Source: the human T2T-CHM13v2.0 reference genome, Homo sapiens. From it: a stretch of DNA of 64,000 nt. Positions 1-13,861 of the stretch are shown piece by piece. The notes beneath the pieces are model-generated. The model worked only from the letters and a program-made list of their open reading frames with translations. It made no database searches and was not told where the DNA came from. Numbering within the stretch: position 1 is the stretch's first letter; every line of letters starts with the position of its first letter. The position numbers and the translations under genes were made by a program. Location of the stretch: the NCBI RefSeq assembly GCF_009914755.1, contig NC_060939.1; one strand, written 5' to 3'.

Positions 1-3000
1 AAACATATAATATAAACATATATAATATAAACATATGTTTATATATAAACATATATAATATAAACATATATTTATATATAAACATATATATGAACATGTT
101 TATATATAAACATATACAATATAAACATGTTTATATATAAACATATACAATATAAACATGTTTATATATAAACATATACAATATAAACATGTTTATATAT
201 AAACATATACAATATAAACATGTTTATATATAAACATACAATATAAACATGTTTATATATAAACATACAATATAAACATGTTTATATATAAACATACAAT
301 ATAAACATGTTTATATATAAACATACAATATAAACATGTTTATATATAAACATACAATATAAACATGTTTATATATAAACATACAATATAAACATGTTTA
401 TATATAAACATACAATATAAACATGTTTATATATAAACATACAATATAAACATGTTTATATATAAACATACAATATAAACATGTTTATATATAAACATAT
501 AGAATATAAACATGTTTATATATAAACATATAGAATATAAACATGTTTATATATAAACATATATAAACATGTTTATATATAAACATATATAAACATGTTT
601 ATATATAAACATGTATAAAATAAACATGTTTATATATAAACATATATAATATAAACATGTTTATATATAAACATATAATATAAACATGTTTATATATAAA
701 CATAATATAAACATGTTTATACATATATAAACATATAAAAACATGTTTATACATAATATATAAACATGTTTATATTATAATACAAACATGTTTATATATA
801 ACCATGTTTATATTATATGTTTATATATAACCATGTTCATATTATATGTTTATATATAACCATAGGTTTATATATGTTTATATATAACCATAGGTTTATA
901 TATGTTTATATATAACCATAGGTTTATATATGTTTATATATAACCATAGGTTTATATATGTTTATATATAACCATAGGTTTATATATGTTTATATATAAC
1001 CATAGGTTTATATATGTTTATATATAACCATAGGTTTATATATGTTTATATATAACCATAGGTTTATATATGTTTATATATAAACATAGGTTTATATATG
1101 TTTATATATAAACATAGGTTTATATATGTTTATATATAAACATATAGGTTTATATATTTATATATAAACATATAGGTTTATATATTTATATATAAACAGG
1201 TTTATAGGTTTATATATTTATATATAAACATAGGTTTATAGGTTTATATATTTATATATAAACAGGTTTATAGGTTTATATATTTATATATAAACATAGG
1301 TTTATAGGTTTATATATTTATATATAAACATAGGTTTATAGGTTTATATATTTATATATAAACAGGTTTATAGGTTTATTTATATATAAACATAGGTTTA
1401 TAGGTTTATATATTTATATATAAACATAGGTTTATAGGTTTATATATTTATATATAAACATAGGTTTATGTTTATATATTTATATATAAACCTATAGGTT
1501 TATATATAAATATATAATCATAGGTTTATATATAAACATATAAAATAAACATATGTTTATATATAAACATATATATAAAATAAACATAAACATATATAAA
1601 ATAAACATAAACATATATAAAATAAACATGTTTATATATAAATATATATAAAATAAACATGTTTATATATAAATATATATAAATGTATATGTTTATATAT
1701 AAAATATATATAAAATAAACATGTTTATATATAAACATATGCTTGTATATAAACATATATGTAAAATAAACATGTTTATATATAAACATATATAAAATAA
1801 ACATATACGTTTATAATAAACGTATATATAAAATAAACATGTTTATATGTAAATGTATATAATATAAACATATATAAACATATATGTTTATACATCCAAA
1901 CATATATAAGCATATATGTTTATACATCCAAACATATATAAACATATATGTTTATATAGCCAAACTTATATAAACATATGTTTATATATCCAAACATATA
2001 TAAACATATATGTTTATATATCCAAACATATATAAACATACGTTTATATATAAACATAATATAAACATACGTTTATATATAAACATCATATAAACATATA
2101 TAAACATACGTTTATATATAAACATAATATAAACATACGTTTATATATAAACATATATAAACATTTGTTTATATATAAACATATAATATAAACATATATA
2201 AACATGTAATGTAAACATACCTGTTTATATAAACATATGCAAACATACATGTTTATATATAAACATATAATGTAAACATACATGTTTTATATAAACATAA
2301 TGTAAACATACATGTTTATATAAACATATATAATGTAAACATACATGTTTATATAAACATAATGTAAACATACATTTATATATAAACATAATGTAAACAT
2401 ACGCTTATATATAAACATAATGTAAACATACGCTTATGTATAAACATATAATGTAAACATACGCTTATGTATAAACATATAATGTAAACATACGTTTATA
2501 TGTAAACATAATGTAAACATACGTTTATATGTAAACACATAATGTAAACATACGTTTATATATAAAACACAATGTAAACATACGTTTATATAAAAACACA
2601 TATAGTGTAAACATACGTTTATATAAAAACACAGAATGTAAACATATATGTTTTTATAAAAACAGAATTTAAACATGTTTATATGAAAACAGAATGTAAA
2701 CATATGTTTATATGAAAACACATATAATGTAAACATGTTTATATGAAAACACATAATGTAAACATGTTTATATGAAAACACATATAATGTAAAAATATAT
2801 GTTTATATAGAAACATAATGTAAACATATGTTTATATAGAAACACATATAATGTAAACATGTTTATATAGAAATATAATGTAAACACAGATGTTTATATA
2901 GAAACATATAATGTAAACATAGATGTTTATATAGAAACACATAATGTAAACAGATGTTTATATAGAAACACATATAATGTAAACATAGATGTTTGTATAG

Positions 3001-3120
3001 AAACATATAATGTAAACATATATTTATATATAAACACACATATACACGTACACATACATATGTATATGAATTCTGTGTTTTATATATGTGTGTGTGTGTG
3101 TGTGTTTGTATATATATATA
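1..3120. repeat. Compound AT-rich palindromic minisatellite (units about 28-35 bp), truncated by the window start and ending in (TG)n/(TA)n
   Basis: 29-bp unit atataaacatgtttatatataaacataca at about 240-480, 28-bp unit tatgtttatatataaccataggtttata at about 860-1080, and later variants built on ataatgtaaacatacgtttata. Confidence 0.97.
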
Positions 3121-4145
3121 TTTACCAATTTAAACCTTAGCAGAATTTTTGTAGATATGGGTAAGGTATTTCACAATGTATTTGGAAAGGCAGAGGGACT
3201 AGCCTATGCAAATCAGTTTTGAAAAAGAACTAGACATCTACATATAAAAAATGAACTTTGACTTAAATACCTTAAACAAAAAACTTGGTAAAAGGCATGA
3301 ACAAACACTTCACCAAAGAGGATATAAGGATGACAAATAGGCACATTAAAAGATGTTTAACATTCTTAGCTATTAGGGAAATGCAAATTAAAACCATGAC
3401 GTGATAGTGCTAAACACCTATTTTAACTTCAATAAAAATTGCTGACAAGAGCAAGGAAAGTAATAGATGTGGAGTAACTTGAAATTTTGTAAATTGCAGG
3501 TTGAAATATAAAATTGTACAATCACTGTGGGAAACAGTTTGACAGTTTCTTATAAATGCTAATCTGTTCTAAAATATAACCCAGTGGTCCATTTCTGGAC
3601 ATTCAGCCTAGAGAGATGAAAAATTTATTTCCACATAAAAACCTGTACATTAATATTTACAGCAGCTTTACTAATAAGTGCTAAAACCTGAATACCACCC
3701 AAATGTCCTTAATGTGATGGATGGATAAACAAACGGTGACACATCTGAACAGTGGCATAATATTTATAAAAAATAATGAACTTTTAATATATGTAACAAC
3801 TTGGACAAATCTCAGAGGCATTATGCTAGGGAATGAAGCCACACACCAAAGGTTGATACTATAGTATTCCATGTATATTCTACTCCCTCCCAACGAAAAG
3901 AATCCAGTCACACACAGAAAAGTAGAAGGATGGAGAAGTGATCAGTGGTTGGCAGCAGTTATGGGTAGGGAAGGGGCAATGACAAAAGGCTAGCAGAAGG
4001 GAGTTTTGGGCAGGGGGTGATAGAACTATTGTGTGTCCTGATTATGTTGATAGCTACACAAATATATACATGTGTCTAAAATTTATGGAAGGTCATGCAT
4101 GATACATCAATGGAAAAAGTTAATGTATGATATAAAAATAAAACT
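3121..4145 (+). mobile_element. Old L1M fragment (ORF2 3' part and 3' UTR; L1MC/L1MD-like)
   Basis: aacaaacacttcaccaaagaggatata ... tattagggaaatgcaaattaaaacca and atggatggataaacaaacggtg are typical L1 3' motifs. Confidence 0.8.
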
Positions 4146-4149
4146 TGAA

Positions 4150-4866
4150 AGACACTATTTTCACTAGCATCAAAAACATTAAATGTCTAAGAAAAATCTA
4201 GTAAAAGATGAGTATTATTCTATAGAGTTAACTATAAACCATTAATGAGAGAAATTGAAAGAGACCTAAATAAAGGTCAGCATATCTACATTTATGGCTT
4301 AGAAGACTCTGTATTGGAAACAAGACAATTATCCATAAACTGATCTGCAGAGTCAATGCAACTCCTTATCAGAATTTCAATGGTTTTTATTTTTTGTGAA
4401 AACTTACAACCTGATCCTAAAATGTATATAATATGTAGATGACCAGAAATGGCTAATGCACTTCTGAATAAAAAGAAGAAGTTTGAAGAACTTGCTTCAC
4501 TGGTTATCAATGTTTATTAGAAAGCTACAATGAGAAGGATAGTGGTATTGAAACAAGGGTACAATAAAAGTCAGTGAAACTGATTAGAGTCTAGAACAAA
4601 GCCAAGCATATATACACATTAGGTTGGTGACAAGCATGGCAGGTGGAGCAGTGAGGAAACATAGTCCTGTGAATGAATAGTGTTGGAGTAATTGGATGCT
4701 CTTATGAGAAGAAAAGAAAACTTGTCCTCTACTTCACACAACACCCAATTGTAGTAGATTATAGATTTAAATATAAAAGTCAAGAGAATAAAACTTCTGA
4801 ACATAAATAAGCAGGGCTGTTTTCCTGATTTCAGAGATAGAATTTAATAGGATTTTAAAAGCACTA
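4150..4866 (+). mobile_element. Old L1M ORF2 fragment, interrupted by a younger L1 and resuming at about 8881-9020
   Basis: L1 ORF2-like sequence (ctgatcctaaaatgtatataatatg, aaagctacaatgagaaggatagtggtattg) ending at aaaagcacta. Confidence 0.7.
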
Positions 4867-4869
4867 TTC

Positions 4870-7020
4870 ACATGAGTCTTTCCTGAGCAAGAAGACAGAA
4901 TAGGAAGCCCTGGACCTTCCTTCCACCCTGTGATCTCACCAATTCAGCAACAAAGCATGGACAAATTTCCTGTGAAGTCCAGAATGCAGAAACTAGCTGA
5001 GAGGCTTCTGCACCCTAGGTGAGCACAAAACTACCCACATCAAAGTCAGTAGGGAAATTTAAGACACCCTCTTGCCATAATCCCTGCCCTTGGCACTGTG
5101 CCTTGTAATTGCAAGGAAACCCCCAGCTCCCAGATTTTCCTTGGGGAGGGAAAAAGATGGACTATGCATCCAGAACCCCACTTTGCTGGGAGATACCTGG
5201 AGGACGGGCTTCTGTCTAGCCTGTCTCAGAGTGCTGATGCACCTGCATCATCTAGCCACCCACAAGTAAGTGAGAACAGAGATGACAATTTGATCTAATA
5301 TGCAGCTAGTCGCCACAGCTTTCTCTCCAGCTTGATGCAGACCAAATAGCTAAAAACCAAAACAAAACAACAACAATAAAACACACACACACAAAACCCA
5401 AATGTCAGTTTCTCCCTGGGGATAGGGAAAAAAAAAACAGTTAGACAGGGAATCCAATGATTCAACTTTTCTGGAGGTGGCCTGAGGAACTGGCTTATGT
5501 CTTGCTTGTTCTCAGAGCACTGATGGGACACAGTATATTCTAGATGCCTAGGGACTGCTTAAAACCAAGAAAACAGGTTGGACTAACACAAAGGTCCGAG
5601 AGGCTCCGAAAATCTCTGCTTGGGCTGATTATAAGGGTCTTTTGTATGAGACTAGTCTGTGAATATTGGGAGAGGTCGCTGTTTTATCTAATGTGCAGAC
5701 AACACAGAGAGTCAAGGAAAATGAAGAAACGGTAATATTTCCCATACAATGGAAAAAAATAAATTTCCAAAAATTGACCTTAATGAAATGGAGGTATATG
5801 ATTTGCCTGAAAAAAATTAGAATAACTATTATAAAGATGCTCACCAGGGTAAGGAGAACAATTAATGGATAAAGTGAGAATTTCAACACACAGAAAATAC
5901 AAAGTACCAAATAGACATTGTAGAGCTGAAGAATAATAACTCAGCCGAAAAATTCACTTGAGGGGTTTAACAGCAGAGTAGATGAAGCAGAAGATAGAAA
6001 CAGTGAACATGAAGACAGGTCACTGAAGATTATTCAGTCATAGGAGCAAAAATAAGAAAAGAATAAAGAGTAAAGAAAGCTTCAAGGATTTAAAAGACAT
6101 TATCAAGCAGATCATGGATTGTGAGAATCCTGGAAGAAGAGAAAGAGAAACACCAGAAAGCATATTCAAAGAAACAGTAGCTAATTTTTTTCTAAATCTG
6201 AAGATGGAAATGGTCTAGATCCAGGAAACCCAAATGACAATAAAATGAGTCCCCAAAATGCATACTGAGATACATTATAATCAAATTGCCAAAAGTCAGA
6301 AAAAGAGAATTTCGAAAAGCAGCAAGAGAAAAGCAAGTTGTCACACACAAGGACACCCCCATAAAACTGTGAGTGGAGTTTCCAGCAGAAACCTTACAGG
6401 CCAAAAGGGATTCAGATGATATATTCAGAGTACTAAAATAACTGGAAACCAAGAATACTGTGCCTGGCAAAACTGCCCTTTAAAAATGAGGGAGAGGTGA
6501 AGATGTTCAAAAGCTGAGAAAGTTCATCACTACTAGGCCTGCCTTACGGGAAATGTTAATACCTTCAAGATGAAACCAAAAGACACTAAACAGCAACATT
6601 ATAACATAAGAAAATAAAAAAATCTCATTAGTATAAGTAAATATATAGACAAATATAGACTAATTGTAATAATGGTAGGTAAATCACTTTTAATTCTAGT
6701 CTAAAAGTTAAAAAAAAGTATAAAATATAACTAAAAATGTGTTTATGGGTGCACAATATAAATGGATGTAATGGTCTCACTTTATATTTAAAGACATACA
6801 TAGGCTGAGAATGAAGGGTGGAAAAAAAAAACTCCATGCAAATGGCAACCAAAAGAGAGCAGGGGTGGCTACCTTTATATCAGGCAAAATAGACTAATTC
6901 AAAAATGGCTGCAAGACACAAAGATGGCCATAATGTAACGATAAAAGAGTCAATTCAGCAGAAACGTATATATATATATGTGTATATATATATATGTATA
7001 TGTATATATATACGTATATG

Positions 7021-7098
<78 letters not shown>

Positions 7099-8880
7099 CA
7101 ACATCAGCACACCAAAATACATGAAGCAAACATTGATGGAACTGAAGGAAGACACCGATAGAAATACATAGTAGTAGGAGACTTCAGCACCCCACTTTCA
7201 ATACTGGATAGACCAACCAGACAGAAAATCAACAAAGGAATAATAGACTTAAACACTATAAATCAAATGGACCTAACACAAACGTACAGAACATTCCACC
7301 CAACGGCAGCAGAATCTACATTCTTCTCAAGTGCACTTAAAACGTTCCCCAGGATAGATCACATGTTAAATTACAAAGCAAGTCTCAACAAATTAAGAAG
7401 AATGAAATCACACCAAATATATTTTCCAAACACAATGAAATGAAGTGACATCAGTAGCAGAAGGAAAATGTAAAATCATAAATATATTAAAATGAATAAT
7501 TTTGAACAAGCAATAGGTCAAAGAAGAAATCAAAAAGTAAGTTAGAAAATACCTTGAGACCAATGAAACGAAAGCATAACATACCAATACTTATAGGATA
7601 TGAGGAAAGCAGTACTGTGAGGGAAGTTTTCAGTAATAAACACCTACATTAAAAAGGAATAAATACCTGAAGTAAACAACCTAACTTTACATCTCAAGGC
7701 GCTAGAAGAATAACAAACTAGGCCCAAAACTAGTAGAAGGAAGGAAATAAAGATTAGAGGATAAATAAACAAAGAATAGAAAAACAATAGAAAAAATCCA
7801 CAAAGCTAAGAGTGTTTTCAAAAGATAAACAAAATTGACAAACCTTTAGCTAGACTAAGAAAAGAAAGAAAAAAGAAGCTCGATAATGAAAATCAGAAAT
7901 AAATAAACGGGATTACATCAAACCAATAAGCTTTTGCACAACAAAGGAAATGATCAACAGAGTGAAAAGGCAACTATAGTGAAGTCCTACAATTTGACAC
8001 ATACAATATTAATAAACTGGTTGAAAAATGGACTAAAGACTTGACTATACATGTCTCCCAAGAAGACATACACACTGCCAACAGGTATATGAAAAGATGT
8101 TCAACGTCACTAATCATCAGGGACATGCAAATCAAGACCGCAAGGAGTTATCACTTCACATCTGTTAAAATGGCTATCATCAAAAATTCAGAAGTCAGCA
8201 AGGGTTGGCAAGGATGTGGAGAAATTGGAGCCCTTGTACACCCTTGGGGGAATGCAGAATAATACAGCCACTATGGAAAACAGTATGGAGATTCCTCAAA
8301 AATTAAAAATAGAACTACCATATAATCCAGCAATTCCAGCTTTGGGTATTTATCCAGAAGCATTGAAATGAGGGTCTTTCAAAGATATCTTAGCACTCCA
8401 GTGGTTGTTGCACCAGTAGGAATAACCAAGATATGAAAACAACGTAATGTCCATTGGCAGTTGGCTAAAGAGAATGTGGTATATACATTCAGTGGAATTA
8501 TTTAACCTTTAAAAAAGAAGAAAATTCTGCACTATGTGACAACACAGTGAACCTTAAGAACATCTTCTAAATGAAATAACACAGTCACAGAAAAATAGTT
8601 AAAGCATGATTCCACTTATATGAGTTATTTAAAATAATTAAACTCATGTAATCAGAGAGTACAATGGTTGTTGCCAGGGGCTGCAGGGAGGGAGAAATGG
8701 AAAATTTCTAATCAATGAGCATAAAGCCTCAATTATAAAAGATGAATAAGTTCTCTAGATCTATTGTACAACACTGTCATTGTATTTTACAACACTTAAA
8801 AAGTGTATCATACGCTTAAAATTTGTTAAGACAGTAGACCTCATGTTAAGTGTACTTACCGCAGTAAAATAAAATTTTTC
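4870..8880 (+). mobile_element. L1MA-type LINE-1 (L1MA9-like 3' end) with 5' UTR, decayed ORF1, ORF2 endonuclease region, large internal deletion and 3' UTR
   Basis: ORF 6905-7171 gives [13 protein letters not shown]...[17 protein letters not shown] (L1 endonuclease); ORF 8041-8262 gives HVSQEDIHTANRYMKRCSTSLIIRDMQIKT (ORF2 C-terminus); ORF1-like sequence at 5700-6560; 3' end gtagacctcatgttaagtgtacttacc...aaaataaaa. Confidence 0.9.
6967..7096. repeat. Compound (TA)n(TG)n(TA)n microsatellite inside the L1 endonuclease region
   Basis: Directly visible dinucleotide runs. Confidence 0.95.
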
Positions 8881-9888
8881 AAAACCACTACCTATAAGGT
8901 GAATGAGTAAGAAATTGGACTTTATTAAAATCAATAATGTCTTTTATTTTAAAAAGAATTAAAAGGAAGAAAAGCAAACTATAAGGTGAAGTTATGTGCA
9001 ACATCTCTAAGTGATAACAGATTAGCATGTCATTGAGACCTTTTAGTGAACTACTTCAAAATTGTGCTGAGTGCTTACTTTACAGTGTCTAGATAAATCA
9101 TAGGTTAAATAATGTAATGCCTTTAGCAATCAGAGAAGCCAGAACTCTCTTGAGTAGGACAAAATATACACATTAAATACAGAACTACAAATCTGGAAGA
9201 CTCATTGCAGTTTTTGAAATGTATGCTCTTTCATGTATATGTAACCATTGCAGTAGAAGGTCCTGGCACAAAATATAGTGATGTGTTTGGAGATACTTTA
9301 GGAAAACGTATTATATAGACATATTCCCATTATCATGAATGTTAGTCTTGGGTAATTGGACCTTGGCAAATTGGACCCTGAATACTAAGAATTTTCTTCA
9401 AAGGCATTCTTCCTCTTATGGTGACAGACACAAGCAACATTATTTTTATTCACATTATGAATACCATATGAAATCTTGCACTTTAAAATAATTTTGGTAA
9501 CACCATTTTTATAAGATACATTCATTATACAACTGTTCACACTTTGCAAATAATTAAAATGTTCTTAGATTTATGTGATGATTTCCTATGAAGCCTATAT
9601 GTAGCTTATACAAGTATATATTCATTTACTTCTGTTTTTGATGTTCATTTCTCCTTATGTAGCTCAAGCTACTTTATATCTTTGAAAATATCCATCTCTT
9701 GGTCTTTGTAGATGCAGCATTCCACATTATAATCATAACCTGGGATGAGTTCTTTTTGTAAGCGTTTGTCTGATGCAACTTGACAACTTTGAACGCTATT
9801 TTCCTTCTATTGTACTTGTAAATTTCATTTCCTTATTCTGCTTTATAATTAAATGCTATTTTCAGCAAACATAAAAAATGCAAAAATG

Positions 9889-10275
<387 letters not shown>

Positions 10276-12659
10276 TCACGAAGACTACCTCACAAGGTCA
10301 TTGGTCAGATTAAAGAAATAATACCTATCAAATAATATAGTAACTGCACGGTAAATGTCAACTGCTCATGATTTAAAGTGTTTAAGATTGTAGTCCAAGA
10401 GGATACTCTACGCTTTTAACTTATGAACATTTTTTATTTGGGGGAAATTCCCCTGAATGATGAGGAATTTCGTTCGTTTTAGGTGGATGGAGTTTCCAGC
10501 ATGACATTCAATTTCTGTCAAGGCTATGGCTGTGAAACTGAGAGTGTGGTTTCATTAAATGGTGCTTTTAATCTCCCTTAGTTTATGTGAGAAAGTGGTG
10601 GATTTTGGTGTGGTTTTTTTTTCATTCCAGTTTCATTTCAGTTTCCAAATTAAATGCTCTTCTTAAATATTTGCAGAGAATCTGAAAATTTTAGTGAGAG
10701 GAAGATTAACAGTCTCAGCAGTGTCTTGTGAGGTCACGAAGTACTGTCTATTGTTTATACAGAAAAACCTTCTCACTTTTGCTAAGCCTAATCCCTGAAT
10801 TCATGGTTTGCACTGCTTTGATTGATTGATTTGTCTTTCTAGGTCAGAGGTGTTGAACTCCGGTGCCCTTTGGACCCCCTCACCATCTTCATAATAATTT
10901 TCCTGGCCTCTCCTTGTGTATTTCCACCCTCTTCCCTTCAGTCCATGCCAGCTCACATTCCTTCTGTGTTTCTGTGCTCTTAGCCTGGCATGGCAACTCT
11001 GACTCCTCTACCCTCTCCATGGTGGCCTCCCCAGGGTGCCATCTCCCACAGGACTTGCAGCGAGCTGACACTACCCCCCAATTCCATGGCAGGGACTGCT
11101 GGGAAGAAACGTCAACAGCGTCTCCTCTGAGGAGCAGCTCAAGCTAATCCTGTTTGTTTTTACCAATGTAGTCGTGGCCTTCTAGTATGCAAGCCTAGGA
11201 ACCCACTGCTGCCATTTCCTTTGATGGCCACTGTTTCTCTTTATCTCAGTTTCTTCTTCATCAGCCAGACTCAGCCAGACTTCCTTCAGAGGGGCTTTGT
11301 GTTTGAGAGGCCTCACTAGGAGGCCCATCCTCATCTTTGGAAAACTGGCTGGTGTCACAAGGCAAGGCTAAGCATGTTCAGTCTAAATATTTTTTTTAAA
11401 AGAACATTTCAGTCTGAGGGTAAAACGTGATTTGACAATGTGATTTAACTTGGGATGGTCACCGACTGTGACCAACTTCACGCTGGTGAAGCATTTAGAA
11501 TGACTTAAATCATTTTCTCATGGAAAAATCAAACCTTTTGGAGCTAAAAAATAAAAAAGTGATTGAGAGGTTTTTTCAAGACATCCCAAATAGGGCATCA
11601 TTTTCCTGATTTAGACCCTGTGAGCAAGAAAGGCATGGAAAGACTTCTGCACATCCTTAGCTCATGCAGTTTAAATCTGCCACTGTTAACACATCCTCAA
11701 TACAGCAAACACTCACTGCATTCAAAACACGGAACACTCTGAAGTGTGGAATCCCGAGTTTTTGCCATTGTTGATAGGATAAAGAACCCATGCCCATTCT
11801 TCAAGGCTACAAAAACCCTAAATTACATACAATAAAAACCGTGCTCCTGTAAAGCAGCTGCTACAGCTTCCCTTATAGAGTATTAGAGTAAACCAGCCCC
11901 ATTCTAATGCTCTCATGATTCCGTTTTGGGTGGCAGTGCACACTTATGAGCACTTTGGAAGGGTACTCAAAGCAGGAGCTTCTGGGAGACTGTGTGTTTA
12001 AATATTAAAATATAACCCAGTGTGGAATTGGAATCATTTTCTTCAGGCACAGGAAAGCCACGTCATTTTTTTTCTCCTTCCACTATTACCTTTATAAGGC
12101 CTTGTGTAAAACTATGTCCCAGAGAGGAGATTTACTTCTTTAACCTCATCAGTAATACTCATCATTAATACTAAGGGTCCCCTCAGATGGGACTTGCACC
12201 CTGCCAGGGAGATGGGGGAAAGACTGTGAGTCCCACCTCCTTCCAGTAGAGCTACCTTGGGATACCGTGTGTTGATGCTCTGAATCACTAAGGGGAGGCC
12301 TGAGTCCAGCAGCTAAAGCATCTGCTTCTGACAGAGTCAGAAATTCCAGCCCATCCCTAGGGCCGATTGTGCCCAGGGAACATTGCAGATCCTCAAGTCA
12401 GGTTTCGAACCAGTGCATTTACTGTTGTTTTGTTTTGTTTTGTTTTGTTTTTCCTGGAGGGAATTCAGATGTTTGCAATATGTCCCCTTCACACTGTTTC
12501 TAGCTGTGGATCCCAGGCGAGTAGTTCCAGGAATGGGGGCTAGTACTAAGGGCAGAGCTCCGCCTTCTGCCTCCCTCCTCCTCTCTGGGGGTCTAAGGGT
12601 CCAAGGCAAGCCTCTCATTATTGCTGAGTGCAGTCATTGGAAACCATTTGGACCAGAGC

Positions 12660-13024
12660 ACAGAAGCGTGGTTACCAGGACCTGGGAACAGAGGAAATAA
12701 GGAGATGTTGGTCAGTGGTCCAGACTTGCAGTTAAGTTCCGCAGGCCTAATGTACAGCAGGGAGCCTATAGATAATACTGTATTGTGTACTTGAAATCTG
12801 CTAACAATATTGTATACTTGTAACTGGCTAAGAGGGTAGATCATAAATGTTCTCACCACCATAAAAAAATAAAAGGCAACTGTGAGGTGATGGATGTGTT
12901 AATTAGCTTGATTGTGGTAACGATTTCACAATGTACACGTATGTCAAATCATCACATCATGCATCTTGAACATAGAGAATTTTTATTTGTCAATTCTAGC
13001 TCAGTAAAGCCAGGGGGAAAAAAA
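12660..13024 (+). mobile_element. L1MA 3' UTR fragment (L1MA7/8-like)
   Basis: ctaagagggtagatcataaatgttctcaccac ... gaggtgatggatgtgttaattagcttgattgtggtaa ... ending in gggggaaaaaaa. Confidence 0.8.
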
Positions 13025-13074
13025 TGTCTGAAACCAACAAGGGCTCCAGTGAGCCTCGGTCACTGCTCTCTTGA

Positions 13075-13210
13075 TGATGTGGATGGGTGGCTCTTCTTAG
13101 TTCCTATCTGTAGAATGGGGATATTCATATTGTTGTGAACATTGGGTACAGTGGGGCTATGTCAATTATTTGGAAAGTGGACTGACTCCTAGTAATTTGT
13201 AGTAAGTGCA
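13075..13210 (+). mobile_element. MIR fragment
   Basis: cttagttcctatctgtagaatggggata resembles the MIR core ctcagtttcctcatctgtaaaatgggga. Confidence 0.5.
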
Positions 13211-13803
13211 AGTTATTACCAACACAGGTCACTGCTGACCAGCACTGTGGTGGGGCAGTCTCTATGCGGAATTTGCGGATAATTGTGATACGGCAGTTGA
13301 AGACATAGAGTGTTAACATAAGGAGAAAAAATAGTGAGTAATACCATGAGGAGGGGCAGGCTGTTGGCAAATATGCCAATGCCACGGGAAGATGGCAGAC
13401 AGGAGGATGGAGAGGACTGGACGAGGCTGGATAAGAGGGTGTCCAGGCGTGGGCAGAGCACAAATGGGATGGGGAGGAAGGGAGGTCTGTGCCGGGATGT
13501 TGTACCAATGCGTGCACCATGGTGGCTATAGTAACGGGTTGGTTTGTAAGCAAGCACGATACACGGAGCCTTGAGTATCATGCAAAGAATATTAACCCCA
13601 ATTCTGTAGGCTCTGGGTAGCCATGATACATTTTTTTAATAGCAGCATATATGGTTGAATATAGTTGGAGAATATAGCATTCAATGGGATGCGAATCTGA
13701 AAGCAGTCAGTGGGTTGGGGAGGGCAGAGGGAGGATTTCTACACAAGAAAGGAAACTGAGAAAAGGCAGGATGTCTATAGCAATGTGCAAGGGGCACCTG
13801 CTT

Positions 13804-13817
13804 CCACCAGGGGGTCC
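13804..13817 (+). promoter_or_regulatory. Possible CTCF site
   Basis: CCACCAGGGGGTCC matches the CTCF core CCASYAGRKGG; motif only, no occupancy evidence. Confidence 0.25.
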
Positions 13818-13861
13818 TGGCCCAGATCTGCTAGCATCACCCGGTTCCCAGGGCCTCCTAG

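Noticed and set aside
1526-2781. Minus-strand Tyr/Ile/Met-rich ORFs
   Set aside because: Translations of the AT minisatellite.
1-3060. CRISPR-like array (palindromic repeats of about 29 bp)
   Set aside because: Units are directly adjacent with no unique spacers, there are no cas genes, and the context is primate intronic DNA.
9040-9870. Possible DNA transposon remnant with a repeated aattggacc motif
   Set aside because: No family or terminal repeats could be assigned by eye.
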